64,000 bases of DNA from an uncultured Chloroflexia bacterium (lineage in GTDB: Bacteria; Chloroflexota; Limnocylindria; Limnocylindrales; CSP1-4), in assembly GCA_963749705.1 (NCBI GenBank), contig CAVVNQ010000003.1, positions 32,001 through 96,000 of the forward strand, in the 5' to 3' direction. Below the pieces are notes generated by a model. The model searched no databases. It worked only from the letters and a program-made list of their open reading frames with translations, and was not told where the DNA came from. Position 1 is the first letter of the stretch. Each line of letters starts with the position of its first letter. This document shows, piece by piece, positions 30,810 to 41,015 of this stretch. The position numbers and the translations under genes are program-made.

Positions 30810-32849
30810 ATGGCAGCCGTTCCTTCCCGAAGCCCCGGTCAGGGCGACACCCCGGAGCTCCTGTGGTCGCCACCCGCCGACGTGCGTGAGCGATCACGCA
30901 TCGGTCGCTACCTTGCCTGGCTGGAGTCCACCAGCGATCTTCGATTCGATGGCTACGACGCGCTGTGGCGCTGGTCGGTGGATGAACCGGGCGCGTTCTG
31001 GCAGTCCGTGTGGGATCACTTCAGGGTGGCCGCCGCGACGCCGCCGGAGACGGCACTCGCGGATGCATCGATGCCCGGCGCACGCTGGTTTCCGGGCGCG
31101 ACGCTCAACTATGCGGCCCACGAGCTGGCGCTCCCCGGTCGCGACGGCTCGGACGTGGTGGTCGTCGCGCAGTCGCAGACGCGGCTACCCATCGAGCTGA
31201 CCGCCGACGAGCTGCGGGACGCCGTCCGAAGGTGTCGCGCGGGCCTGGTCCGCCTGGGCGTGCGGCGAGGTGATCGCGTCGCTGCGCTGCTGCCCAACAT
31301 CCCGGAGACGCTCGTCGCCTTCCTCGCCAGCGCGTCGCTGGGAGCCGTGTGGTCGTCGTGCGCCCCGGAGTTCGGGGTGCGGGCGATCATCGACCGCTTC
31401 GCCCAGATCGAGCCCGTGGTCCTGCTCACGATCGACGGCTATCGCTACGGCGACCGCGACATCGACCGGCGCGACGCGGTGGCCGAGATCCGTGCCGCGC
31501 TGCCGACCGTTCGCGCGACCGTGGCCGTGCGGTACCTCGAGCCGGACGCCGAGGACGCCAGGGGCGACGCCGGCCGAACGACGACCGGCGAGACCATTCC
31601 ATGGTCGGCGCTGCTGGGCGAGCGCGGGCCGCTGGCGTTCGAGCCGGTCCCGTTCGACCATCCGCTGTACATCCTGTTCTCGTCGGGCACGACCGGCCTT
31701 CCGAAGCCGATCGTCCACGGGCACGGTGGCATCCTGCTCGAGCACCTCAAGGCGATTGCCCTCCACATGGACCTCGGTCCGGATTCGCGCTTCTTCTGGT
31801 TCACGACGACCGGCTGGATGATGTGGAACTACCTGGTGTCGGGGCTCGCGGTCGGGGCCACGATCGTCCTGTTCGATGGCAACCCGGCGTGGCCGGACCT
31901 CATGACGCTGTGGCGGCTCGCAGCCGAGACGCGCACGACCTACCTGGGCACGAGCGCGCCATTCCTGATGGCGTGCCGATCCGCCGGCCTCGAGCCGGGG
32001 GCGATGCTCGACCTGTCGGCGGTGCGGGCCGTCGGCTCGACCGGCGCACCGCTGGCCGCAGCCGGGTTCCATTGGGTCCGCGACGCGATCTCGGCCGCCA
32101 TCCCCGTCCATTCGTTCAGCGGCGGGACGGACCTGTGCACCGGGTTCCTCGGGCCGTCCCCGCTCGTGCCGGTGTGGGCGGGCGAGATCAGCTGCCGGAT
32201 GCTGGGCGCGAAGGTCGAGGCGTACGACGAGGACGGCCGGTCGGTCGTCGGCCGGCAGGGCGAGCTCGTGATCACGGCCCCGATGCCGTCGATGCCCGTC
32301 GCGTTCTGGGGCGACCCGGACGGCGAGCGGCTCCGGTCGGCGTACTTCGAGCCGTGGCCCGGCGTCTGGCGCCACGGCGACTGGGTCACCATCACCGAGC
32401 GCGGCTCGTGCGTGATCACGGGGCGCAGCGACGCGACCCTCAACCGCGGTGGCGTCCGGCTCGGGACGGCAGAGTTCTACACGGTGGTGGAGGCAATCCC
32501 CGAGATTGCGGACAGTCTCGTCGTCCACCTCGAGGACGAGGCCGGCGGCGCCGGGGAGCTGCTGCTGTTCGTCTCGCTCCGCGACGGGGCGGCGCTCGAC
32601 GATGCGCTCGTCGCCCGGATCCGCTCGACCCTCCGCGCGGAGCTCTCGCCCCGTCACGTGCCGGACGCGATCCATGCGGTGCCGGCGATCCCGCGGACGC
32701 TGTCGGGCAAGAAGGTCGAGGTGCCCGTCAAGCGGATCCTGCTGGGCCAGCGCCCGGATGTGGCGGCATCCCGGGATGCGCTCGCCGACCCGCGGGCCCT
32801 CGATCCGTTCGAGGCGCTCGCGGCGAAGCGACCCGGCCGCGGGCGATAG
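30810..32849 (+). CDS. Acetoacetate--CoA ligase
   Basis: WFPGATLNYA, FSSGTTGLPKPIVH, TGWMMWN, SGGTD, W.HGD, GRSDATLNRGGVRLG and TLSGKK motifs. Confidence 0.94.
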   Translation: MAAVPSRSPGQGDTPELLWSPPADVRERSRIGRYLAWLESTSDLRFDGYDALWRWSVDEPGAFWQSVWDHFRVAAATPPETALADASMPGARWFPGATLNYAAHELALPGRDGSDVVVVAQSQTRLPIELTADELRDAVRRCRAGLVRLGVRRGDRVAALLPNIPETLVAFLASASLGAVWSSCAPEFGVRAIIDRFAQIEPVVLLTIDGYRYGDRDIDRRDAVAEIRAALPTVRATVAVRYLEPDAEDARGDAGRTTTGETIPWSALLGERGPLAFEPVPFDHPLYILFSSGTTGLPKPIVHGHGGILLEHLKAIALHMDLGPDSRFFWFTTTGWMMWNYLVSGLAVGATIVLFDGNPAWPDLMTLWRLAAETRTTYLGTSAPFLMACRSAGLEPGAMLDLSAVRAVGSTGAPLAAAGFHWVRDAISAAIPVHSFSGGTDLCTGFLGPSPLVPVWAGEISCRMLGAKVEAYDEDGRSVVGRQGELVITAPMPSMPVAFWGDPDGERLRSAYFEPWPGVWRHGDWVTITERGSCVITGRSDATLNRGGVRLGTAEFYTVVEAIPEIADSLVVHLEDEAGGAGELLLFVSLRDGAALDDALVARIRSTLRAELSPRHVPDAIHAVPAIPRTLSGKKVEVPVKRILLGQRPDVAASRDALADPRALDPFEALAAKRPGRGR

Positions 32850-32895
32850 CGGGAACCCGCTCTCGCGCAGCTCGAGTCGCTCCAAAACGCGGGCT

Positions 32896-33556
32896 TCAGG
32901 ACTCCGTGCCGCGGCTCACCTCCGCGCCGCCTGACGCCTGGACGTCGAGCGCCGCGTTGCCGAGCACGACCAGGTGGGCGCCGCCCGATGCGGATCCGCT
33001 CACCCGGGACGCCGCGCTCACGGTCGCCGTCGCGCCGCCGGCCAGCCGCACGTCCGCGGTGCCCGCGGCCAGGCCGCGAAGGTCGACGGTCGAGCCGCCG
33101 TCCGCATCGAGCACGACCGATCCCACGGAGCCGAGCACGGTTGCCCGGGCGCCGCCGTTCACCCCCAGGCCGAGGGTGGACGCGGAGATGCCCTGCGATG
33201 CGCGCCTGGGCTCCGCCGCTCAACGACACCGCATCGAGGACCGGAACGGTGACGGTGACGATCACCGGCTCGGTCGTCGTGAAGTCCCGGTTGGCCGAGA
33301 TCCTGAGCGTGTCGCCCGAGACGCTGGTCTCGACGGCCTGCAGGACGTTCTCCTGCGCGCTGATGCGGAGCGGGCCGGCCGGACCGATGGCCAGGTCGAC
33401 GTGGATCCCGGCCCCGACGTCGAGCCGCGTGAACGGGCGGGTGTCACGCGTCTCGGTGGTGACGGGGCCCTGGCCCTGGATGCACCCCGCGAGGGCCAGC
33501 GGGAGCGCCAGGGCGATCCCGATGGCGACGCGGCGAGCGCGATCGCTCGTCGTCAT
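32896..33556 (-). pseudogene. DUF2807/GIN-domain lipoprotein, frameshifted at about 33192
   Basis: Lipobox LAGC and beta-repeat SGGA motifs. The frame switches at GCAGGGCATC (one extra G) and continues to the stop at 32896. Confidence 0.75.
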
Positions 33557-33558
33557 GG

Positions 33559-34317
33559 CTACATGTCCTCCCGATTGAAGATCCACAGGCCGGCAAGGCC
33601 GAGGACGACCACCGTCAGCCCCCAACTGACGACCGTCAGCCCGTTGGCGGGTTCGCCGATGGCGAGGGCCCCGGCCACGGTGGCGATCGAGCTTGGCCAC
33701 AGGTCTGCGATCGACGGCCCGAATGCGCTGAGGAGATACGGCGCGAACGCGACGCCGAACGAGATCGCCGCGATCCCGGCCTGGTTGTCCAGGCGAGTGG
33801 CGAGCGCGAGGTTGAGCGCAACGAACAACGCCGGCAGGGCGATCAGGACGCCACCGTACCGGGCGATCGCCGCGAGATCGGGGACGTTCCCATAGGACAG
33901 GGTCGCGACGCCGACCATCCAGGCCAGCGGAAGCACGACCGCAAACAAGGCGAGCATCAGCACGGCCGCGGACCACTTGGCCAGCAGCACGGATGTGCGG
34001 GACACCGGCTTGGACAGCGTCCAGGCCAGGGTGCCGGATGCGCGCTCCGGGACCAGCATGCCGATGCTGGCGAAGATGCCGGCCATCAGGACCCACTGGT
34101 CGAACCGCGCGTTGAAGATGTTGACGGTGGCATTGAGCATCTCGGCGGTCGGCACCCCGCCGGCGGCCTCGTCGATCCGGGTGGCCAGGGTGCCCACGGT
34201 GCCCATCGCGGCCACGGTCACGAACGTGACCAGGGCGGCCCGGCGCAGCCACCATTCCTGCAGCTCCTTGCGCAGGAAGGGACGGAACCCCGGCTGGGGG
34301 GCAATGGACGCGGTCAT
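33559..34317 (-). CDS. ABC-2 type transporter permease
   Basis: LRKELQE and ERASGTL.W.LSKPVSR..VL.AK; 6 TM segments. Confidence 0.9.
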   Translation of the reverse strand: MTASIAPQPGFRPFLRKELQEWWLRRAALVTFVTVAAMGTVGTLATRIDEAAGGVPTAEMLNATVNIFNARFDQWVLMAGIFASIGMLVPERASGTLAWTLSKPVSRTSVLLAKWSAAVLMLALFAVVLPLAWMVGVATLSYGNVPDLAAIARYGGVLIALPALFVALNLALATRLDNQAGIAAISFGVAFAPYLLSAFGPSIADLWPSSIATVAGALAIGEPANGLTVVSWGLTVVVLGLAGLWIFNREDM

Positions 34318-35258
34318 GCTGCACGCTCCTCGTTGACGATTCGCAGGAACACGGACTCCAGGTCCGGGGCTTCCTGGTGGTTTGCGGCGACGATCAGCCC
34401 GCGGTCCGCGGCAAAGCGCATCACGGCACCCTGCACGGCCTCGGTGCGTTCGTCGTCGACCTTGATGTCGTACCGCCATTCGTCGCCGTTGCGATCGACC
34501 GGGGTAACGCCGGCGACACCCGGCAGGCCCGACAGGTCAGCGGCGGTCGCGTCGGTTGCCCCGACGAGGGCGACCCGGACCCTCCCGTGCGCGGCGCGGC
34601 GCATCAGCTCGGCGGTGGGCGCGCTCACGACGAGGCGGCCCTTGTCCAGGATCGCGACGTGGTCGCTCACCCGCTGGACATCGTCCAGGATGTGGGTCGA
34701 GTAGAAGATGGTCTTGTCGCCCCGCAGCTGCTTGAGCAGCTCGAGGACGTCGTGGCGACCCAGCGGGTCGAGCGCGGCGGCAGGCTCGTCGAGCAGCAGC
34801 ACGGCCGGATTTCCGGCGAGCGCCTGCGCGATGCCCAGCCGCTGGCGCATCCCGCCCGAGTACTGGCTCGTCGGGCGCTCTGCGGCATCGGTCAGGCCGA
34901 CCAGCTCCAGCAGCTCGTCGATCGTCCTCCCGCCGGGGCGGGCGGGGAAGAAGGTCAGCACGTACTCGAGCGTCTGGCGCCCGGACATCCAGCCGTAGAA
35001 CCGGGGGTCCTGGGCCAGGTAGCCGATCTGGGCGCGATGCGCGCCCTGGACCCCGACCGGGATCCCGTTGATCGCGGCACTGCCGGAGGTGGGACGAGTC
35101 AGGCCGGCCAGGATCTTGAGCGCGGTCGTCTTGCCGGCGCCGTTGGGTCCGAGGAACCCGAAGATCGAGCCGGCCGGGACGTCGAGCGTCAGATTGCTCA
35201 GCGCGGTCACGCCGCGGTACGTCTTGGTCAGGTTGTCGGTCGCGATTGCGGCAGTCAT
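34314..35258 (-). CDS. ABC transporter ATP-binding protein
   Basis: GPNGAGKTT, YSGGMRQR, LLLDEP and STH motifs. Confidence 0.96.
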   Translation of the reverse strand: MTAAIATDNLTKTYRGVTALSNLTLDVPAGSIFGFLGPNGAGKTTALKILAGLTRPTSGSAAINGIPVGVQGAHRAQIGYLAQDPRFYGWMSGRQTLEYVLTFFPARPGGRTIDELLELVGLTDAAERPTSQYSGGMRQRLGIAQALAGNPAVLLLDEPAAALDPLGRHDVLELLKQLRGDKTIFYSTHILDDVQRVSDHVAILDKGRLVVSAPTAELMRRAAHGRVRVALVGATDATAADLSGLPGVAGVTPVDRNGDEWRYDIKVDDERTEAVQGAVMRFAADRGLIVAANHQEAPDLESVFLRIVNEERAA

Positions 35259-35316
35259 GGGCGCTCCTTCGAGCTGGGGACGCTTCGGCTCCTGGGCGGC
35301 CGTCGGCGATGCCGAG

Positions 35317-35380
35317 AGCCTCGCGGATCGCGGAACGCGGGCCATCGGAGCCGTCCCGACAAGGGGATTGGGGCTGTCCC
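35317..35380 (-). promoter_or_regulatory. Tripartite promoter motif, copy 1 (ABC operon)
   Basis: GGGACAGCCC-N22-CCGATG-N20-GAGGCT on the minus strand. Confidence 0.7.
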
Positions 35381-35633
35381 TAGAGGCGGTCCGGACTCGC
35401 GCGCCGAGGCAGATCCAACGGCCGGATCCGGCATGCGGGGACCTCGCCGACCGGGTCGCCGCGCCGGGTCAGGCTTCGGCGGGCAACGGTGGGCTGGCCG
35501 CCTCGGTCGATGCGTCAGACCGGGGAACGGTCGATGGTTCGCGCCGCCGGTTTGCGGCGGCGCCATCTCGATGCCGTGAGCCTCCTGAGGCCATGTGGCC
35601 GGATGCCCCGGGGCCGGATGCCCCCGAGTCGGG

Positions 35634-36167
35634 TCACTCGGCGGCGGTGTCGAACCCGTCCTGCACGGTCGCGGTGAACGCGCCGGCGTCGACCGGATCG
35701 GCGAACCGGAGGATGAGCACGCGGTCGAAGGCGACGGCGTCGCCCGGGCACTCGGGCTGGATCAGCACGAGCCTGCCGAGGATCGGATCGACCGTCAGCG
35801 TGTTCGTGGAGTCGCACGGGCCGCCGGACCAGGTCAGGCGCAACGTGGCGGGATCGTCGTTCACGACCGCGAGCCGGTAGGCCTCCACCGATGCGCCGTC
35901 ACCGGGCGTCCCGGATGTCGCGCCGCTCACGAGCCCCGCGGGGGCGACGATGTCGATGGTCACGTCGTTGCCCGTCGCGTTGGCGAGCCGGATGTGGATC
36001 GGCGAGCCGCCCTCGCTGTCGGCCGCGGACGGAAGGGTCGTCGGCGTCGGAGACGGCGCAGCCGTGGGGGGCGTCGCGGTGGCGGCGGACGAGCCGCAGG
36101 CCGAAACGAGAACGGCGAGGCCGAGCACCGTGGCGACGGTCGCGGCGGCGATGACGGGGTGCTTCAC
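35634..36167 (-). CDS. Hypothetical lipoprotein
   Basis: AAGGAG RBS before GTG; lipobox VSAC; P/T linker; W.GGPCD...C motif. Confidence 0.7.
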   Translation of the reverse strand: MKHPVIAAATVATVLGLAVLVSACGSSAATATPPTAAPSPTPTTLPSAADSEGGSPIHIRLANATGNDVTIDIVAPAGLVSGATSGTPGDGASVEAYRLAVVNDDPATLRLTWSGGPCDSTNTLTVDPILGRLVLIQPECPGDAVAFDRVLILRFADPVDAGAFTATVQDGFDTAAE

Positions 36168-36249
36168 GGTGAGCTCCTTGAACACGGCGGTCGATTGCCG
36201 CCACCGCCGGCGTGGGGCCCGGCATCGGGTGGCGGCCCGGTGTCACACG

Positions 36250-36332
36250 AGCCTGGAGGCAGTCGCCTCGGCGCTCATCGGAGCAGACCCGGCAACGACG
36301 TCAGGGCTGGCACGAATCAGGGTCAGCCCGGA
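36250..36332 (-). promoter_or_regulatory. Tripartite promoter motif, copy 2 (lipoprotein/kinase divergent region)
   Basis: GTGCCAGCCC-N22-CCGATG-N20-CAGGCT on the minus strand; an extra GGGTCAGCCC box lies at about 36320. Confidence 0.7.
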
Positions 36333-36367
36333 TCCGGCGGCATTGCCCCGTATGGCAGAGTCCGGAG

Positions 36368-38054
36368 ATGCGTGGCCGCACGAAACGAATCATCGTCGGC
36401 GTCGTCGGCACCCTCGTGGCCGTCGGTGCGGAGCGGATCGCGCTCGACAACGGCGCCACGCCACGCGCCGTGCTGCTCGATCTCGCGATCGGGCTGACCT
36501 ACGTGTACGGCGGCCTGGCGATCGCGGACCGCGCGCCGCGCAACAAGACCGGCGCCAAGATGACGGCCACCGGTCTGGCCTGGTTCATCGGGACCTTTGG
36601 CGGGTCCGGGATCCCGGTCATCGGGGACCTCGGGGTCGCATTCAACGACCTGTACTCGGCCTTCCTGCTCGCGCTCGTGCTCAGCTATCCGGGCGGGGTG
36701 CTCGAGACGAGGGTGGACCGGATCGGGATCGCGATCATGGTCTTCGGGACGACCGCGCTCCAGGTCGGCGCATACCTGGTCGACACGCCGTTGCTGATCA
36801 ACGAGGGCAGCAACGGGCTCTACGGCGGCCTCGCGCTCGCCGCGATGGCGAGCGTGCTGATCCTCCGCCGCTGGTGGCTGGCGCCCGCCCGCGCGCGGAG
36901 CGACCTCCTGCCGGTGCTGTTCGCCGGGGTCGTGTTCGTCGTGATCATCGCCGTCAACCTCATCCGCCGCATCGCGCTCGTCCCGGACTCGACCGCACAG
37001 CTGCTGATCGCGCTGACCGGGCTGGCTCCGGCTGCCATCCCCGTGGCGCTCCTGATCGGCTTCTACCGCCAGAGCGAGCGCCGGCTGCAGGCGCTGGTCG
37101 ACGCCATCCCCGACCCCCTGTTCCGGATCGCGAGGAACGGGGATGTGCTGGACGCCCGCACGAGCATCGGAGATGGCCGAGGTCCGGCCAGGCCGGCCGA
37201 CGAGGGTGTCGCCGAGCTGCTGCTGGCCGCCAGGCGTGACTCGATCCTGGAGGCCGCGGGGCGCGCCCTTGACGACGGGCGCCTGCAATCGCTCGATGTC
37301 GCGCTCGACCAGCCGGGCGGCGGTCGGGCCCTGGAGGTCCGCCTCGCACCGAGCGGATCCGGCGAGGTCACTGCGATCGTCCGCGACTTCACCGACCAGC
37401 GGGAGGCCGAGGCGGAGGTCCGCCGGTCGCGGACGCGGATCGTCGAGGCCGCGGATGCCGAGCGGCGACGCGTCGAGCGCAACCTCCACGACGGCGCCCA
37501 GCAGCGGCTGGTGGCGCTCTCGCTCGCACTGCGCCGGGCACGAGCGCAGCTGCCCGCCGACGGCTCGGTCGACCGCCGGCGCAACGCTCGACGAAGCGTC
37601 GAGCCAGCTGCAGGCCGCGATGGCCGAGCTGCGCGAGCTCGCGCGCGGGATCCACCCGGCGATCCTGACCGAGGCCGGGCTGGTGCCCGCGATCCGCTCC
37701 CTGGCCGCAGAGTCGTCCGTGCCGGTGACGCTCGGGCTCGACCTGCCGGCTGGACTGTCGAGCCACGTCGAGGCCGCCGCGTACTACGTCGTCGCGGAGT
37801 CGCTCACCAACATCGCCAGGTACGCCGAGGCGCGGCAGGTCGACGTCATCGGGACGATCGCCGGAGGGGAGCTCCGGGTCGAGGTCCGGGACGACGGCCG
37901 TGGCGGCGCCGATCCAGCGGCCGGTTCGGGCCTCCGCGGGCTGTCGGACCGGGTGGCGGCGCTGGACGGCCGCCTCGAGGTCATCAGCCCCGAAGGCGGC
38001 GGTACCCGGGTGGTTGCGACCTTCCCCCTCGCATCGTCGGGCAGCCCGGCCTGA
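36368..38054 (+). pseudogene. Membrane sensor histidine kinase (HisKA_3/NarX-type, PAS-like), frameshifted at about 37573
   Basis: About 7 TM segments and H-box ERNLHDGAQQRL. After one extra C (GACCGCC) the frame continues with ELRELARGIHP, ESLTN, DDGRGG and GSGL.GL.DRV. Confidence 0.85.
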
Positions 38055-38090
38055 CGTCAGGTCACCGGATCGCGGCGCCCCGCGGAACTG

Positions 38091-38155
38091 GGGTTAGCCC
38101 GAAGGCGCGATGCGTGGCCCTCCCCGATGCCCGGGCGCACGATGGCGCCGACCCT
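38091..38155 (+). promoter_or_regulatory. Tripartite promoter motif, copy 3 (MacB-type ABC operon)
   Basis: GGGTTAGCCC-N23-CCGATG-N20-GACCCT. Confidence 0.7.
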
Positions 38156-38201
38156 TGGACCCATCACGGCTCACAGCCACCACGTGACAAGGGAGCGTCC
38201 C

Positions 38202-39368
38202 ATGCAGCTATTCCGGAACCTCGCCCGACGCCGGCTGCGCACCGGCCTGACCGTCACCGGCATCACGATCGGCATCTGGGCCCTCGTGGTGTTCAGCGCG
38301 ATGGCCAACAAGGTCGACGCCCTGGTCGGCGGCGGCAGTGCCTACTACGGCAACAAGATCGTCGTCACCGTCGGCGGCTTCGGCGGCCTGGGCGGCCAGC
38401 CGCTGCCCCTTGCCGCGATCGACGACGTCCGGGCAATTGACGGAGTGGACGTCGTCGTCCCGGCAAGCACCCTGCTCGCGGCTGAGATGGGCGCCGTCAC
38501 CTTCGGACCACCCGACCAGGTGTTCGCCGCACCGGCCGGCGCAGACCAGGGCCGCGAGACCTTCCGCGCCTCGCTCGCCACCGGTCGCCTGCTGACGCCT
38601 GACGACGAGGGCAACGACGTCGCCGTCCTGGGCTCATCGATCGCCGAGAAGCGCCACGCGACCGTGGGCGGCACGGTCTCGATCCACGGACGGCCGTTCG
38701 AGGTCGTCGGGATCTTCGAGCCCACGCTCACCACCCCTGACGCCACCATCACGGTCCCGTTCACGACCGGTCAGCAGCTTGCCTACGAGGACCTGCCCCA
38801 GGTCCTGCGCGACAAGGTCCGCGCCGAGGACCTGGCCACCGAGTTCATCGTCTACCCGACACCGGGCGCCGATCAGGAGACCATTGCTGACGCCATCGAG
38901 GCCAAGCTGCCCGATGTCACCGCGATGACCGGCAGCGCGTACACCGCGTCGGTCGGCAGCTCGGTGTCCATCTTCAACTCGATCATCGTGGGCATCGGGC
39001 TCGTCAGCCTGATCGTGGGCGGCCTCTCGGTCATCAACACGATGGCCATGTCGGTCGCCGAGCGCACCCGCGAGATCGGCATCAAGCGGGCGATCGGGGC
39101 CAGCCGGCGCCGGATCATCCGCGAGCTCATGGCCGAGGCCGGCGTCATCGGCGCCATCGGCGGGATCCTCGGGGTCTCGCTCGGAGCCCTGGTGGTTGCG
39201 GGCGTCAACGAGATGACCCGCTCGTCCGGCACGGTGCTGTTCCAGATGACCATCGGAACGGCCCTGTTCGCCTTCACCTTCTCCACGGTCCTGGGCGTGA
39301 TCGCCGGGATCGTCCCCGCCTGGAGCGCGGCCCGGCTCGATCCGGTCAGCGCGCTCCGCTACGAATAG
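38202..39368 (+). CDS. MacB/FtsX-family ABC permease
   Basis: RT.LT..GI.IG, NTM.MSV.ERTREIG..RAIGA and AARLDPV.ALRYE motifs. Confidence 0.95.
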   Translation: MQLFRNLARRRLRTGLTVTGITIGIWALVVFSAMANKVDALVGGGSAYYGNKIVVTVGGFGGLGGQPLPLAAIDDVRAIDGVDVVVPASTLLAAEMGAVTFGPPDQVFAAPAGADQGRETFRASLATGRLLTPDDEGNDVAVLGSSIAEKRHATVGGTVSIHGRPFEVVGIFEPTLTTPDATITVPFTTGQQLAYEDLPQVLRDKVRAEDLATEFIVYPTPGADQETIADAIEAKLPDVTAMTGSAYTASVGSSVSIFNSIIVGIGLVSLIVGGLSVINTMAMSVAERTREIGIKRAIGASRRRIIRELMAEAGVIGAIGGILGVSLGALVVAGVNEMTRSSGTVLFQMTIGTALFAFTFSTVLGVIAGIVPAWSAARLDPVSALRYE

Positions 39369-39377
39369 GAGCTCGAG

Positions 39378-40100
39378 ATGACCATGCTGGAGGCGCATGA
39401 CCTGCGCAAGACCTATCGGCTGTCGAAGACCAACATCGTCGAAGCCCTGCGCGGCGTCAACGTCACGGTCGAGGCCGGCGAGATGGTGGCGATCATGGGC
39501 CCGTCGGGATCGGGCAAGTCCACCCTGATGCACGTGCTCGGGCTGCTCCACGCGCCCGACCGGAACCACGGCCCGGCGCCGGAGCTCCGGTTCGACGGCC
39601 GGTCGATGACCGACCTCTCGGACCGCGAGCTGACACGCACCCGGGCCGCCGGGATGGGGTTCGTGTTCCAGGCGTTCAACCTCGTCCCGACCCTGTCGGC
39701 GATCGAGAACGTGATGCTGGCGGCCGACTACGCCGGCACCCCGCGAGCCGTCGCGCGGCCGGCAGCGCTGGAGGCGCTCGGGCTGGTCGGCCTCGCCGAC
39801 CGGGCCAACCACCGGCCGTCGGAGCTGTCGGGCGGCGAGCAGCAGCGCGTCGCCATCGCGCGGGCGCTGATCAACAAGCCCAAGCTGGTCCTGGGCGACG
39901 AGCCCACGGGCAACCTGGACTCGGCCCGGACCTCCGAGGTGCTCACGCTGATGCGCCGGCTCAACCGCGAGTCCGGCCAGACGTTCGTGATCGTGACCCA
40001 CGATCCCCAGGTCGGCGAGGCCTGCGACCGGATCATCCGGATGCAGGACGGCGTGATCCTCGACGACGGGCTGGGGGTCGCCGGCGCCGCGGCTGCCTGA
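39378..40100 (+). CDS. ABC transporter ATP-binding protein (LolD/MacB type)
   Basis: [25 protein letters not shown] and VTHD motifs. Confidence 0.96.
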   Translation: MTMLEAHDLRKTYRLSKTNIVEALRGVNVTVEAGEMVAIMGPSGSGKSTLMHVLGLLHAPDRNHGPAPELRFDGRSMTDLSDRELTRTRAAGMGFVFQAFNLVPTLSAIENVMLAADYAGTPRAVARPAALEALGLVGLADRANHRPSELSGGEQQRVAIARALINKPKLVLGDEPTGNLDSARTSEVLTLMRRLNRESGQTFVIVTHDPQVGEACDRIIRMQDGVILDDGLGVAGAAAA

Positions 40101-40206
40101 ACCCGCGCCCTCTCCGCGCCCGGCCGAACGGCCGGGCGCTGCTGCGTCTCCCGGCCACGCCGGCCGGTCGATGGCGCGTCTCGGGCGGGCCGCGTCCGCA
40201 ACCTCA

Positions 40207-40271
40207 GGGTCAGCCCTGACCCACGAATTGGCGCCTGCTCCGATGGCAGCGCCGGTCCCGGAAGCGATGCT
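40207..40271 (+). promoter_or_regulatory. Tripartite promoter motif, copy 4 (small ORF)
   Basis: GGGTCAGCCC-N23-CCGATG-N20-GATGCT; the box is a palindrome TCAGGG-TCAG-CCCTGA. Confidence 0.7.
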
Positions 40272-40328
40272 TCGAACCAGGAGCCGAGCACGATCGCCGG
40301 CCAGCCGACACCGAACCAGGAGACTCCA

Positions 40329-40505
40329 ATGCATCCGCAGATCGTTCTCGAATCGGCGAACGCTCGGATGGCCGAGCTTCACCGGACCACGGGCCGCCAC
40401 GTTGACGCGGCGGCCCATCGCACCATTGCCGGGTCGCGGATCTCCGCGACCATTGCCGGCGCCGGCAAGGCCGCCCAGCTGCGGTCGCTCCGCGCGGCGT
40501 CCTGA
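40329..40505 (+). CDS. 58-aa small protein (not in ORF track)
   Basis: [22 protein letters not shown]...RSLRAAS; AGGAG RBS, own promoter motif and a downstream hairpin. Confidence 0.6.
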   Translation: MHPQIVLESANARMAELHRTTGRHVDAAAHRTIAGSRISATIAGAGKAAQLRSLRAAS

Positions 40506-40512
40506 CTCGCAT

Positions 40513-40550
40513 AGGCGGGCCCCTGCAATTCGGTCTCGGGCCCGCCTTTC
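40513..40550 (+). terminator. Hairpin terminator after the small ORF
   Basis: AGGCGGGCCC...GGGCCCGCCT followed by TTC. Confidence 0.55.
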
Positions 40551-40604
40551 CGCGTGCTGTCCACACTGGGCAGGCGCCCACCCTGCGGTAGACTGCTGAT
40601 CCGC

Positions 40605-40680
40605 GCGCCTGTAGCTCAGTGGATAGAGCGTCGGCCTCCGGAGCCGAAGGTCGCAGGTTCGAATCCTGTCGGGCGCGCCA
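40605..40680 (+). tRNA. tRNA-Arg(CCG)
   Basis: GCGCCTGTAGCTCAGTGGATAGAGCGTCGGCCT-CCG-GAGCCGAAGGTCGCAGGTTCGAATCCTGTCGGGCGCGCCA; -10 TAGACT upstream. Confidence 0.97.
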
Positions 40681-40681
40681 T

Positions 40682-40731
40682 TGTCTTGAGTCGCGACATA
40701 TGAGTCACATGAGTCGGGACATCCGGGTCAC
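40682..40731 (+). mobile_element. IS481-like terminal remnant
   Basis: TGT start with reiterated TGAGTC..GACAT motifs directly after the tRNA CCA; no transposase follows. Confidence 0.45.
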
Positions 40732-41015
40732 TGTGATCCTCCTGTCGCCTGGGACCCCGGCCATCGGCCGGGGTCTCGTCGTTGGTTGCGCCAGTACCCC
40801 CGGTCAGGCTCGATCAGGTGGGTCGAGGGACCTCGCCGGTATCGAGGGCCTGGTGCGACTCCGCGCGGGCGCCCGCGAACACAGCGACTCGATGCCGCGG
40901 CGGCTCCCGCACACTTCCCTTCGGTCTTTGGTTGACATTGAATGGTTAGCGGCTCACTCTCCAATCATCCCTTCATTCTCGCGGTCAGATTGAAGGGATG
41001 CAGCCGGAGGCCCAC

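Noticed and set aside
37560-37585. Programmed ribosomal frameshift in the sensor kinase
   Set aside because: No slippery heptamer or stimulatory structure is evident; a single-base indel is the simpler explanation.
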